A stretch of 64,000 nt of DNA from Oopsacas minuta. Lineage: Eukaryota; Animalia; Porifera. Under the pieces are notes generated by a model. The model searched no databases, was not told the origin of the DNA, and saw only the letters and a program-made list of their open reading frames with translations. The number at the start of each line of letters is the position of its first letter. Position 1 is the stretch's first letter. The DNA is taken from positions 248,001 through 312,000 of the forward strand of contig JAKMXF010000365.1 of the NCBI GenBank assembly GCA_024704765.1, in the 5' to 3' direction. This document shows, piece by piece, positions 10,101 to 20,800 of the stretch. Both the position numbers and the translations under genes were made by a program.

Positions 10101-13008
10101 CCTCCCTTCTATCCAAATTGAATACCAGGGCACTGAGCATATTAACACACTCAAACGTATACTATTCCTACACAGTGTTAAGGACACATACAATTCAATG
10201 GAAGCAGGAGAAATGGAAGAATTTTGTGATGAAGGAGTTAAGAGTATTGAAATTCTATTTTATCTGATAATTAACGAGCACACTAGTGATAACATTATGC
10301 TTCCTATATCGTTGATACTAACTAAACAGATGATATACATTGGGGTAGAAGACTATAATGAAACGAGGGATGTTAAACAGATAACTCCCTTCTTTCAAGT
10401 GCTACGTAGTCAGCCTGTATCAGCTATTGATAACATAGAGCTATTCAGAGGAGAGCAGACAGACAGCCGATTAGAAAGTGAGGTTAATTTATACTTTGAG
10501 GCTCTGGAGCAATCACAAACTAATAAATGGAGGCTGTTTTTTACAGATATTACAATTAAACAACAGTTTATTACTACACTAAAGAAACTATGGAAAGATG
10601 AGTTTTCTAGAGAACTAAAGACATCTACTGTATCTATAGAAATGGGATCTCTTCTCTCTTTTAATTATCGTAGTCTCAAGCACAAGTTTCAAGACAGACC
10701 GCATATAGTTATGCCGCAAGAGCTTGTGGATTTTGCATGGCAGGGAGCGAGATCTCTCAGCGCTTTCCTTGGAATAATTACAAGATTCAGTCCTTCCATC
10801 AAGCAGAGACATGAACAAATAGCATTCCTAATGCTCACCTGGTGCACTCCTTACTCTAAGCCTCATCACCTGATTCCTACATGTGCTATACTCACAGACC
10901 AAGCACTGTATTTATGTACAACACAGGATTACTATAGTCTAGCTACAGACAAGACTCCTAATAGTGAATACACAGTGTGTATGTACGAATCTATTAATCT
11001 GGTACAGATACATGAAGTTGTACTAGGTCTGTTTGATTATCACTTCAGATTAGATACTAACTACTCAACAAACACATACGCCTTCCTTACGTTTGACAAC
11101 CGACAGACATCTGAATTTCTATCACATTTAAGTGATAAATTTAAGAAGATACAGATTCCGGCATTAGGTCAGGAAGAGATACCCAGTAAAGAGGTGAGCG
11201 AGCTAGACGCTAAGTTCTCACTGACAGAGGTCTTATTGGCCTCTCCTTCGGAGGCTGAGATCCACACGCTTACAGAAGCTCTACAATTTGAAGCTAGGAA
11301 GCTAATCCCTGCTTCTCTATTAGAAGGTACTCCTAGCATAATTAGCTACATTCTAGTACTATTTGACATTGGAGAATCCAGTATGCAACCACATGCAATA
11401 CTATTGACCGGACAAGCATTATTCCTGTGTCGTATTGATCTGGTTAGATGGCCTATAGCTAAATTCGTAGTGTCCCCTCCTGTTACCATTCAATATGAAG
11501 TAGTAGACGCACTAGCGTTTGAATGGATTGAGCGAGTAGAACTAGCTAGCTTCAAATCTCCAGCATTTGAATTAGTATTCACTGCTCAGAGAAATACTGA
11601 CGCGAACGATGAAACAAATTCTAACTCAGGCTCTGAAGAATGCATAGATCTATCACAACCAATGGCTTGTTCATGTCGCTGGAGATTAATGACTAAAGAC
11701 TACAAACAGAGGAATATGTTAATGAACGCACTAGACGGTGTATGTCAGGGTCGTGACAAGAATATGCCCATAAGTATACAACTAATGACTCAGAAGAACA
11801 ATTAACACTCCCAGACCCTGTATTAGACTGCTCGGCATTGGATTAGTCATAATTATTGTACATTTTGACAGAAATAATTATTTTGTTATGAATGTGTTAT
11901 ATGATTCTATTTAGCTGATATATAAATATCTCCATATATGGTAATATCCTTAAAGATTTTACGTAATCCGCTTATGTGGCATTTGATATGCTAAAGGTGT
12001 GAAACTACCAAATATTAGAGTATTAACACCTGAATTAACTTACTGGCTCCATCCTCCAGGCTCTGTCCTATATACATCCATTACTTCTTGCCATACAGCT
12101 AATATACTTAATGTAGTAACAGGTAGTGCTAGCATGAAGTTAGGCAGCTGTTTAACCTCGTAGTAGTTCATGAGACCTATACCCCAGTGTTTCTGCTGGA
12201 TATACGAGTAAGGCAATATTCCAGTGTAATTGTAGTCCAGTTTATGAGCAGTGTATACTTGATAGCAAATAATAGGAGATAACCCCAGTAGTAATTGAGA
12301 AATACAACTTAAAGATTTTCTTATGAAAGTAGTAAGCTTAAAATCTGTAACGATTCCTTCGAGATAATACATAGCAATGAAAATACACAATATACTCCCA
12401 TTAGACCTTGTACTACACGACAATGCTAAGTACAAACATGCTCTACTTGTCTTACCAGCTATCAAATAGCGGATACAAGCAAAACTGAATAGAGCAAACA
12501 AACACTCCGTATATACTGCTGACATGAATATATTAGCAGGGTTAATAATGAATAGCAGTACTGTTATATGTGATAATAAGGGCCTGTGTGGATATATGAG
12601 ATCTGTTAGTTTATGCAGCTGATAAGTGGCCATAGGGAATGCTATCAAAGTAAGAGTAACACCTGCTATCAGCATTACACTATGCATTTGTACTCCCATG
12701 AATAATAACGGTGATAATAATGTGTAGGATATAGCACGTATTAGAATAGGATAAAGAGGGAAGAAAGCTAGATTAGTTTCATGCTTGTATCCCTGTTCAG
12801 CTATCAGTAGATAATGCTCTCCGTCCCATGAGGATAACCCCCCTAACAGTACCTCTATCAAATATGAGTGTGATTGTCTCTCTTCGTGTAGAGATACGTC
12901 AGCCATAGATCCTGAATGGTTTGGGATAATAAAGTTACTCACAGACTGTAGAAACAGGATTATTAGTCTGCTTCCTAGTGCTAGATATATTGCATCAGAT
13001 GTACGCAT
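4157..13008 (-). CDS. PIGV: GPI mannosyltransferase 2; 3 exons: 13008-12044, 4548-4473, 4414-4157
   Basis: Exon 1 has [38 protein letters not shown]. Donor CA|GTAAGT at 12043 joins in frame to tacag|G at 4548 ([25 protein letters not shown]). A 58-bp intron then leads to [15 protein letters not shown]...FPNFLPWT, the PIGV C-terminus. Confidence 0.92.
4833..5477 (+). CDS. CD225/dispanin (PRRT/IFITM-like) membrane protein, nested in PIGV intron 1
   Basis: P/Q/Y-rich N-terminus, then two hydrophobic segments with [10 protein letters not shown]...NGDYPKA; first ATG at 4833 (track starts at GTG 4821). Confidence 0.8.
   Translation: MSGLPPSYSDATTPYPQENAPAPTAPLPEKTPFPTEQTPYPPTQVPYPQSQGPYPPSQPQQAGYPPQGYAYPQQGYPPQGYPPQGYPQQPQGYSQQPQQAYPQPPQTHTTQPAPQPSNVTVVTHQQPANRVYFSGGAGSFTGVIIYAAIAILCFCPIGIIAFIVAIFAYSAYSNGDYPKAVGLSRLASGLATTSFVIGVICIILSFSLRYTVLI
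6206..6877 (+). CDS. Tumour protein D52-family coiled-coil protein, nested in PIGV intron 1
   Basis: [32 protein letters not shown] and [11 protein letters not shown] match TPD52 D1/D2 motifs (EIQTLSQVLAAKEKHLAEIKRKLG; SAYKKTSETL). Confidence 0.8.
   Translation: MASSVDTTDKVLTQEPAPTPAPEPATQGMQREGEEGDIESDAERERKEKLLRKAMQLSDEISELYEIANLKEKELAHIKQELGVTFLDELKVSMGSSFKSVSDKWLEMKSSDAYKKTEDTLYGWKDKVTQSDSYKKTVTTISTTGEKATLGLQTATSRTGEAFKRAGESFIENETVQAAWARMVNFKDSLINPVDEPPNTDVSGARPEKEDLVPDENTKPENK
7252..11805 (+). CDS. NISCH: Nischarin-like PX + LRR protein, intronless, nested in PIGV intron 1
   Basis: PX domain (VVYNIEV...[13 protein letters not shown]...PKKKLIG...[12 protein letters not shown]), LRR block ([24 protein letters not shown]), long PH-like C-terminal region. 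Confidence 0.85.
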   Translation: MSTDSPLLPDPDMNYNSSLQDFTGDGICMKDYAKIVYLNIPSAHSDGNHVVYNIEVGIPSCMWRVSKRYSEFFNLHQQLQWFYSFHSDELPKKKLIGNKTSALIEKRRSKLESYLKHVLRTFPIPPPQFLNFINYQYYDVVGVTQALASRLFHVGEKILASNDPAILSIVQMYCITRRLKLPLEKRSNDTSLDVANLYEFVNRLKHLKVVSDTQDCLSSSVLSELKFDLCIFRNLYSLQLEGTSMHQVEGWILLLDRLELLVIRNSARSVSDALLSESARKEERPDGVYVFPRAYKWKALTHLHLTRNYLKQIDETITLAPCLKMLNLSHNEIEELPELYLTSLHDLTVLDLSHNRLEQIESLHTKLGNIHTLDLSHNRIRSLVGLRKLYCVVILNLKFNSIDDLSYLSYLGKLPCIESLQLDNNPICYQIHYRIEVFGALPITYQTVVLDGFRPSQKELTAAEGLIKNRPTYGVQQDNSALPPSSVDARRVSTRRVVAVSEERVHEGEEGRVYEGTVSESESLRVATEQLRDKEGKNWLNHYNEQLEREIGRTPPLEPSATGQLPPTKAQGYSTSQQIAESDIRGIRPEADLTPAVARVSHVTDLDANSDAEDQVGRVFMASAVIFQGSLKDLRDLDPSALQELLSPPDEAQNESLVVKIDLESVQILFVSLENSKSESPKNFNSWNTICVLPSYPIAVCIEESTHSKTTCRLLCLSSNEEAADLCGLLHELVGEASPSDVSSQGDQSAPSSNPLTNSGEELTSTMQTLFATKIKGLYTKEGFFSTRIASELLGAVYYIQDLIPGSIQTISQINSVDTDPREEELVYAAKVGFLIPLSSRDEFYSLVLITTMAIHILEIDPTLSSLLLGETSHLLTVRLCEISKITIGSFDQSIKFESRGLGPLGVFTLFTRVYSVTQGIQNCLKEVLLTARLVPEVIGTPERSPTHNPLPSIQIEYQGTEHINTLKRILFLHSVKDTYNSMEAGEMEEFCDEGVKSIEILFYLIINEHTSDNIMLPISLILTKQMIYIGVEDYNETRDVKQITPFFQVLRSQPVSAIDNIELFRGEQTDSRLESEVNLYFEALEQSQTNKWRLFFTDITIKQQFITTLKKLWKDEFSRELKTSTVSIEMGSLLSFNYRSLKHKFQDRPHIVMPQELVDFAWQGARSLSAFLGIITRFSPSIKQRHEQIAFLMLTWCTPYSKPHHLIPTCAILTDQALYLCTTQDYYSLATDKTPNSEYTVCMYESINLVQIHEVVLGLFDYHFRLDTNYSTNTYAFLTFDNRQTSEFLSHLSDKFKKIQIPALGQEEIPSKEVSELDAKFSLTEVLLASPSEAEIHTLTEALQFEARKLIPASLLEGTPSIISYILVLFDIGESSMQPHAILLTGQALFLCRIDLVRWPIAKFVVSPPVTIQYEVVDALAFEWIERVELASFKSPAFELVFTAQRNTDANDETNSNSGSEECIDLSQPMACSCRWRLMTKDYKQRNMLMNALDGVCQGRDKNMPISIQLMTQKNN

Positions 13009-13107
13009 TATGATCTGTTGTAATTGCTAGAATTATTACACATAAATCAACTACTACCATGAGCTATATAAGGGCTAATATTATACTAATGCATTTATAG
13101 TTTTAGC

Positions 13108-14142
13108 ATGGCAACTCCATCAGATCGCTTGACACATTCAGAACACTCTCTCCCAGATGTCAGTGCTGATAACATAGAACATAACCTACCTGTTACTCCA
13201 CCTATGCCACATTACAAAGGTGATAATTATTATAATTATCCAACTCAAGCCCCTGAACTGAACTCTTCTACAACTAATATCAACATGCAGCCTAATCCTA
13301 TGTATCAGGATTTTCAGTCTGGACCTCCTCAGAGGCGTAGCTCGGAGAATCAGGTCATAGTAGAGAAGATAAAGGAAGGAAATCCTGATGCTCAATCCCC
13401 GAGTTCTAATCTAGTTAATAATGTGAAAATATATGAACGTCTTGATTCTATTCTTCCAGGGAAATTAAGTCTAACTCCAAGGTACTCTTACAACCCCCAG
13501 AAGAAGACAGAACGTGACTCTGTGTACCAATACCTCGGGAGTATACGTTCTGACAATAATCAAACATTAGACGGTCTCCCTGTATCCCTTCCTGACTCTA
13601 AATCAAACTATATAGCTCGTGTATGTCTACAGATATTCTTCTCTATTGTTCTAATAATTACTCTATTCATTGCTGTATCTGCTCTGGTAATAGCTATGCT
13701 GTCTCTATCTACTTCAAATGCTCAGATAAGCTCTAGCCAGGAGATAGCACTTATATTAGAAGAATTAACACCTCTAATAAATGCTAATAGTACATACAAA
13801 CTGTTAGTACAGAATATTACTAATACGCAGAATTCACTTAGTTCATTTCGTAATGAAACATTGCAGAATTTCTCAGTATTATTCAACACACCTAATAATT
13901 GTTATGAGCGATCTACTGAATGTCTGGTTGAGAAGCATACTACCTCCTGCAGCACGATTCCTCTTACATTTGATAATTCTACAGAGCGTTTAACCGGTTT
14001 GTCTTGTGTAACTACAAATATGAATGGAGAGGCTCAGATTGTCTTAGACGATAATTCCCGTTATTATTGTTACTGCAGCATTACTATTAGCCAAGAGATT
14101 GTTTGGATGTGTAAGATATCTCTATGGGTTTGTTTACTTTAG
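13108..14142 (+). CDS. Uncharacterised type II membrane protein with Cys-rich C-terminal ectodomain
   Basis: 344-aa ORF: Tyr-containing cytosolic N-terminus, one TM (IFFSIVLIITLFIAVSALVIAML), N-glycosylated stalk, 8-Cys C-terminal domain; no family recognised. Confidence 0.6.
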   Translation: MATPSDRLTHSEHSLPDVSADNIEHNLPVTPPMPHYKGDNYYNYPTQAPELNSSTTNINMQPNPMYQDFQSGPPQRRSSENQVIVEKIKEGNPDAQSPSSNLVNNVKIYERLDSILPGKLSLTPRYSYNPQKKTERDSVYQYLGSIRSDNNQTLDGLPVSLPDSKSNYIARVCLQIFFSIVLIITLFIAVSALVIAMLSLSTSNAQISSSQEIALILEELTPLINANSTYKLLVQNITNTQNSLSSFRNETLQNFSVLFNTPNNCYERSTECLVEKHTTSCSTIPLTFDNSTERLTGLSCVTTNMNGEAQIVLDDNSRYYCYCSITISQEIVWMCKISLWVCLL

Positions 14143-14308
14143 AACTGAGTACACAACATATAACACAAAAGACAATATTTACAATACAAGTTTCATTTTA
14201 TATTCACTTTAACTTATTTTGTAGTTTTTAGAGTTTTTTACTTAACTTAATTATTTGTGTACAACCTCAAAAGAACTTGTCATTATACTTACACCAGTAA
14301 TTATGAGA

Positions 14309-14447
14309 TACAATAGATACCGGTTATAAGAAGTAGCAATACATGATCTTATAACCGGTATAAATATACAGGAATATATGCGAACCGTTTTCAGAGAGGA
14401 TGGTGCTTATACTTATATCCGGTATGTTCTTATAATCGGCTCCACTT
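14309..14447. mobile_element. Degenerate Tc1/pogo-type MITE (family A)
   Basis: Starts TACAATAGATACCGGTTATAAG; shares gtagcaatacatg..cttataaccgg..aaatatacagg..gaaccg with the copies at 24.3, 35.9 and 60.7 kb. Confidence 0.6.
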
Positions 14448-14492
14448 TAATAAATAAATGACATCATAATTTGAATAATTAGAAATCTACAA

Positions 14493-17378
14493 ATGGCAAT
14501 TAGAAGTCCAGATGAACCAGAAGCAGGTAGCAGTAAACACCATCTGGTGCTACAACCATCTGAGGAGATTAGACAGAGACATATAACAAGAATACAGCAG
14601 TCGGCTCCCTTCTGTGTTATGCGATCTAATAAGTCTGGTAAGTTTAATCGCCATAAGAGTATTCCTCTAATCGAGCAGAGAGACACAGACCCTGAGACTC
14701 TGAGACTAGTTGAGGATCAAGAGCGTGCTAACTACTGGAAGAGATGGGGACCGTATTTGTCTGAACGTCAATGGGGCACAGTAAGAGAGGACTACTCGTC
14801 TGACGGATCTTGTTGGGATTATTTATCACATGACCATGCTCGGTCCCGTGCTTACAGATGGGGAGAAGATGGACTGATGGGTATATGTGACAGACAGTGT
14901 AGAATGTGTTTCTGTCTGGGTCTATGGAATGGGAAGGATCCGATCCTCAAGGAGAGATTATTCGGACTGACAGGTCCTCAAGGTAACCATGGAGAGGATG
15001 TGAAGGAATGCTATTACTATATTGATTCAACTCCTACACATTCCTACATGAAAGCTCTGTACAAATATCCCATGTGTGAGTATCCGTATAGTCGAATAGA
15101 GCTGGCTAACAGGGAGTCAGGCATAGGAGGTCCTGAAATAGAGTTGGAGGATTTGGGGGTGTTTAAGGACAATAAGTACTGGGACGTGTTTGTAGAGTAT
15201 GCTAAAGCTTCTCCAGATTCTATTTGTATACGTATATCCTGTCATAACCGGTCTAATAGTCCCGCTACACTTCATGTACTCCCTCAGTTATGGTACAGAA
15301 ATACATGGGTATGGGGGTACCAACACGAGGGGGCTACTGACAAACCTCTCCTACAGCTGCTAGAAGATGGACACGTACATGGAGAGCATAATAGCACCCT
15401 AGGAAAATGGTGTCTATTCGCATCTGATTGCAATGGACAAACTCCTCAAATATTATTCACTGAGAATGAAACTAATTACAAAACATTATATGGAATGGAG
15501 GGAGCTGATAAATACAAGAAAGACGCATTCCATCGCTACATAGTTAACGGTGAGAAGACAGCTGTAAATCCAAATATGGAAGGTACTAAATGTGGGATAT
15601 ATCATACTCAAGATGTAGACAGTAACAGCTGTGTGAAATTTAAGCTAATTCTGTGTAGTGAAAAAGAAAAACCGAATCTTTCACAGGAAGAAATGTTTGG
15701 AGCTTTTTTTGAGAAAACAATTCAAATCCGTAAATCTGAAGCTAATAAGTTCTACAGTAGACTGGTTTATCAGGGAATTACTGACTTCAAGAGTTCTCTG
15801 AGTCCCGATCAGCTGGAGGTAGTAAGACAGTCATATGCCGGTTTGTTATGGTCTAAACAATTCTATCATTATTCAGTTAAGGATTGGCTTAGAGGAGATC
15901 CGAACACTCCAGTGCCGGACGAGGCGAGGTTGTGCGGTAGGAATGCTGACTGGGGACACTTATTCAATCGGGAAGTTATCTCCATGCCGGATAAATGGGA
16001 GTACCCCTGGTATGCTTCATGGGATCTAGCCTTCCATATGATTCCATTCGCTAAGATTGATCCAAACTTTGCTAAAGAACAGCTGATCCTATTCTTACGT
16101 GAATGGTATATGCATCCTAACGGACAGATGCCTGCTTATGAGTTCGCGTTTAATGACGTTAATCCACCCGTACATGCTTGGGCCTGTTTCCGTGTATACA
16201 AGATGACAGGATCTAGAGGAACCAGAGATCAGAAATTCCTAGCTAGGACCTTCCAGAAGCTTGTCCTTAACTTCAACTGGTGGGTGAATAGGAAAGATCC
16301 TAGCGGTAAGAATATATTCGCTGGGGGATTCTTGGGCTTGGACAACATCGGCCTATTCGATCGGAGCCGTCCTCTCCCAGAGGGGTGGGTCCTTGAGCAA
16401 GCAGATGGCACTGCTTGGATGGCATTCTTCTGCATAGTTATGCTAGACATGGCGTTAGAATTAGCTCACACACATGACGTAGTATATGAGGATATGGCTT
16501 CTAAATTCTTTGAGCATTTCATACAGATATCTGATGCTATTAACCAGTTAGGGCAAGGTAAAGGATTATGGCATGAAGAAGATGGATTCTACTACGATCT
16601 GCTACGAATAAACGGTCAATCCTTTCCAATGCGTATCAGATCTATAGTAGGAATTATTCCTATATTTGCTTGTCTAACGCTAGAGGAGCGGGTGATGGAT
16701 AAACTGGGTGGATTTAAAACAAGACTCGAATGGTTTATGAAGTACAGACCTGACCTCTCTGAACAAATATCAGGAATGGACACTAACCATGAAGCAGGAT
16801 ATCATCATCTGCTAGCGATACCCAGTAGAGAACAGCTGATAAAAGTATTACGTTATGTGTTAGATGAAAAAGAGTTCCTGTCACCTTACGGGATACGATC
16901 CTTATCAAAAGCTCATGAGACAGCCCCCTTCGTAATGGAGCTTGACGGACAGACACAGAAGGTTACGTATGTCCCTGGAGAGTCCAATACTCTGATATTT
17001 GGGGGGAACAGTAATTGGCGCGGTCCTATATGGATATGTATAAACTATTTAGTCATTGAATCTTTGGAGAGGTATCATTTTTATTATGGAGATGAACTTA
17101 AGGTTGAGTGTCCTGTAGGATCAGGTAATATGCTTACGTTATATCAGGTCAGTATTGAGCTATCTCTACGACTCACTAAGTTATTCCTGCCTGATAAGAC
17201 AGGGAAACGGCCTTGTCATGGAGAAGCTAAGTCCTATCAAAGTGACCCCTTCTGGAAAGACCTGGTCCTGTTCTATGAGTACTTCCATGGGGACAGTGGT
17301 AGAGGATGTGGTGCTAGTCATCAGACTGGGTGGACAGCTCTCATATCTAGGTGTTTTGAAAAGCTAGCTCATCACTAG
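14493..17378 (+). CDS. GH63/MGH1-like (alpha/alpha)6 glycoside hydrolase, yeast YMR196W-like, intronless
   Basis: WKRWGPYLSERQWGTVREDYS, MPDKWEYPWYASWDLAFH, GGFLGLDNIG, SNWRGPIW, FYEYFHGDSGRGCGASHQTGWT. Confidence 0.88.
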   Translation: MAIRSPDEPEAGSSKHHLVLQPSEEIRQRHITRIQQSAPFCVMRSNKSGKFNRHKSIPLIEQRDTDPETLRLVEDQERANYWKRWGPYLSERQWGTVREDYSSDGSCWDYLSHDHARSRAYRWGEDGLMGICDRQCRMCFCLGLWNGKDPILKERLFGLTGPQGNHGEDVKECYYYIDSTPTHSYMKALYKYPMCEYPYSRIELANRESGIGGPEIELEDLGVFKDNKYWDVFVEYAKASPDSICIRISCHNRSNSPATLHVLPQLWYRNTWVWGYQHEGATDKPLLQLLEDGHVHGEHNSTLGKWCLFASDCNGQTPQILFTENETNYKTLYGMEGADKYKKDAFHRYIVNGEKTAVNPNMEGTKCGIYHTQDVDSNSCVKFKLILCSEKEKPNLSQEEMFGAFFEKTIQIRKSEANKFYSRLVYQGITDFKSSLSPDQLEVVRQSYAGLLWSKQFYHYSVKDWLRGDPNTPVPDEARLCGRNADWGHLFNREVISMPDKWEYPWYASWDLAFHMIPFAKIDPNFAKEQLILFLREWYMHPNGQMPAYEFAFNDVNPPVHAWACFRVYKMTGSRGTRDQKFLARTFQKLVLNFNWWVNRKDPSGKNIFAGGFLGLDNIGLFDRSRPLPEGWVLEQADGTAWMAFFCIVMLDMALELAHTHDVVYEDMASKFFEHFIQISDAINQLGQGKGLWHEEDGFYYDLLRINGQSFPMRIRSIVGIIPIFACLTLEERVMDKLGGFKTRLEWFMKYRPDLSEQISGMDTNHEAGYHHLLAIPSREQLIKVLRYVLDEKEFLSPYGIRSLSKAHETAPFVMELDGQTQKVTYVPGESNTLIFGGNSNWRGPIWICINYLVIESLERYHFYYGDELKVECPVGSGNMLTLYQVSIELSLRLTKLFLPDKTGKRPCHGEAKSYQSDPFWKDLVLFYEYFHGDSGRGCGASHQTGWTALISRCFEKLAHH

Positions 17379-17841
17379 CTTTATAGGGTTATAAGGATAT
17401 TTTAATATAATTCCGGTCATTGTAAATTTTGAGAATTTGCTTCTATCTTTTATTGCCTAAGTTTTTTTTGAATTCGTTTGAGATTATAATTATTTGTGTG
17501 TTTATTGTATAGGATATGTAATCATGATTTTGAATATCAATGTTTGTGTTTTTAGGTGTCCAAAGTCCTGGACTAATTTTCGTGATTCTTTTCGAGATAC
17601 ATTTGCTGGAATTCGTAACCATAGATTTGCTAAATTCGCTTGGATAATATCAATAGAATTGAATTAGCTCATTATCATAAAGTTATTTGAGTAATAAAAT
17701 ACACCCATAATTATTAAAAAATATAATTTGTAATACTTAATGTAATGCATGTGGTAAATTAATAAATTAACTCACATCTTTGGACTATGGATAAGATCGA
17801 TATGAAATATTTGCTATCCTGAATTTAATATATTTAGGGGT

Positions 17842-20800
17842 ATGCCGAGCATTGTACACTGTGATGAGATAGAATCTTACAAACTCTACAAACACAGATC
17901 ATTCTTATTACGTGGCTATGCCATCCCATTCATGCCCATATATGGTATTATCCTCTACCAACTATCTGGTATATATAATCCCCCTCCTGGGTTAGAAGAG
18001 GAAGATCAATCTCTGATATCTCTCATCTTCAAATCAGGCTTAGAGTTACCATTAGCACTTCTCATCATAACTCTATTAGCACATACATTTATGTGTTTAT
18101 GCTGTATATGGTCAGTGCATATATATTGTATGATAACATGCTCTAATGTAGTCAGTGTACATGATGCTACTCTTGTAAAGGTTATACCTACTCCGAACAA
18201 CGGATCTACTGAGCTGAACCAGTTGATACGTAGAGACGGTCAGATTTGGTTTGAATTCCAAAAGCTCCGATACATATACGATAAATCATCTCAATCATTC
18301 TCTCCCCCCTCACTAGAGGAAGGTGATTGTTTTAACACATACCTAACGTCACAAGGGTTGTCAAGCAAAGAAGCATTTAGAAGAGAGAAATTATATGGTA
18401 ACTGTATCCTCACGATAGATCTCCCTCTTTTCTCAGAATTGTTTCTAGAGCGAGCAACAGCTCCATTCTTTATATTCCAGCTCTTCTGTGTATTACTATG
18501 GTGTCTTGATGAGTTCTGGCTGTACGCACTATTCACACTATTCATGTTAGTATCTCTGGAGTGTATGGTAGTATTCCAGCAGAAAAGAAACCTCAGTTCT
18601 ATCCGTGAAATGATCAGAGAGCCAGAGACTATTCAAGTGTACCGTGACATGAAATGGGAGCAATTACCGTCTAACCTCTTAGTCCCCGGTGACATAATAT
18701 CTATACACGTCAGTAGACATGAGTTGACCTCTCCTTGTGACGCTCTGCTCCTCTACGGGACTCTTATCGTAGATGAAGCAATGCTAACAGGTGAATCAAT
18801 TCCTCAGCATAAGGAATCTCTAGGCAACCGATCTGGTGAAGAGGAATTCTCATTTGAAAGAGACTCAAAACTTAATGTGGTATTCTCAGGAACTAAAGTG
18901 CTACAATCAGAACCTGCCCCCAGAGGGGCAACACCCCTGAAGCCTCCTAACGGGGGTGTAATAGCATGCGTACTTCGTACAGGTTTTAACACGAGTCAGG
19001 GTAGACTTGTAAGAACCATCTTATACGGAGTAAAGCGTGTTACTGCTAATAATATAGAAGCTCTGTTGTTCTTAGTATTTCTAATGCAATTCGCTGTATT
19101 AGCTGCTGGATATGTATGGATACATGGTACTATGGATCCAACTCGTAGTCGCTATAAACTGTTCTTACAATGCACATTTATTTTAACCTCAGTAGTACCG
19201 CCTGAACTTCCTATCATACTATCTCTTGCTGTAAATAATTCTCTTATTAGTCTGCTCAGATCTCGGATATTCTGTACAGAGCCGTTTAGACTGCCAAATG
19301 CTGGTAAGCTTAATTTCTGTTGTTTCGATAAGACAGGGACTCTTACTTCAAGTGATATAACATTTATGGGTGTTACTAATATGTCAGCTGATAATCTTAC
19401 TTCTGAACTTGATCATCCTAAATCTAGGTCTATTGAGACACAGCTGGTGATAGGATTGTGTCACTCTTTAGCTTCCATTAGGGGAGGGGATATGATAGGA
19501 GATCCTCTAGAAATCGCGGCATTTACCGCCTCAGATTGGAAACTTGGGAAAGAAAATAAACCACAGATGCCTAAGAGTCTTAAGATGGCTGGTTCATATC
19601 ACACAGCTCGTAAGTTCCATTTTAACAGTACTGTTAAGAGAATGAGTGTTATTTGTGTAAATAACAACAACCACAAGACACTAGTGTTTACTAAAGGAGC
19701 GCCTGAGGCTGTCCTAGACCTGTTGCTTAATGTCCCTCATGGTTACGATAGAGTACATCAGGAATTAGTGTGTTTAGGAGCTAGAGTGCTAGTATTAGCT
19801 TATAAGGAGCTATCCAGTAATATTAAGATATTCTCTAGTCTATCTAGAGAAGAGGCAGAGACTGGATTGATATTCTGTGGATTTATTTGCTTCTCTTCTG
19901 CAATTAAGTCTGATTCAAAGAGCTCTATCCGCCAGCTCCGTCGCTCTTCACATAGACTAATGATGATAACGGGAGATAACCCGTATACAGCATGTTATAT
20001 AGCTCATGAACTAGCTATGAGTAATATTAACAAAACGTTAATCCTAACTCAGAGACAGGAAGGATGGGAATGGATTAGTCCTGATCGTAATATTAATATT
20101 CCTGTTAATGGATTACAACATATGAAAGATCTACGTAGCAGTTATGACCTGTGTGTAACAGGTGATGGCATGTTGTACGTTAGTAACCAGTTTGCATCAG
20201 AGGAATGGGTACAATTAGTGAGAATATTTGCTAGAATGAGTCCTAAGCAAAAAGAGCAGGTAGTGACATCTCTTAATAAGCATTACTATACACTCATGTG
20301 TGGAGATGGTACCAATGACGTAGGAGCGTTAAAACACGCTCATATAGGAGTGTCCCTCCTCTCCCGACCTCTGACAGGGGAACAGGCCGATCTCCCTCGT
20401 CCCAGTTTGTTTGATATCGCTAAAATGGGTAGAGCAAGGAGGAGAGAAGAGCTCATGAAACAGACAGACCTATCAGATGCCCCACCCCCAGTCCGACTAG
20501 GCGATGCCTCAATCGCTTCCCCCTTCACCTCACGGTCTGATAGTATAGCTGCTGTATGTAACATAGTAAGACATGGCAGATGTACTCTAGTAACAATCCT
20601 ACAAATGTATAAGATAATAGCTATTAGTGCTCTAATATCTGCATATTCACAGAGTGCTCTCTACCTAGACGGAATTAAGTTCTCTGATCTACAGGCTATG
20701 CTACAGGGAATGTTCATAGCATTTAGCTTCATGATATTCTCTAGAATCAAACCTCTATCCGATCTAAGTAAACACAAGCCTATTCCCAATGTATTTAACC

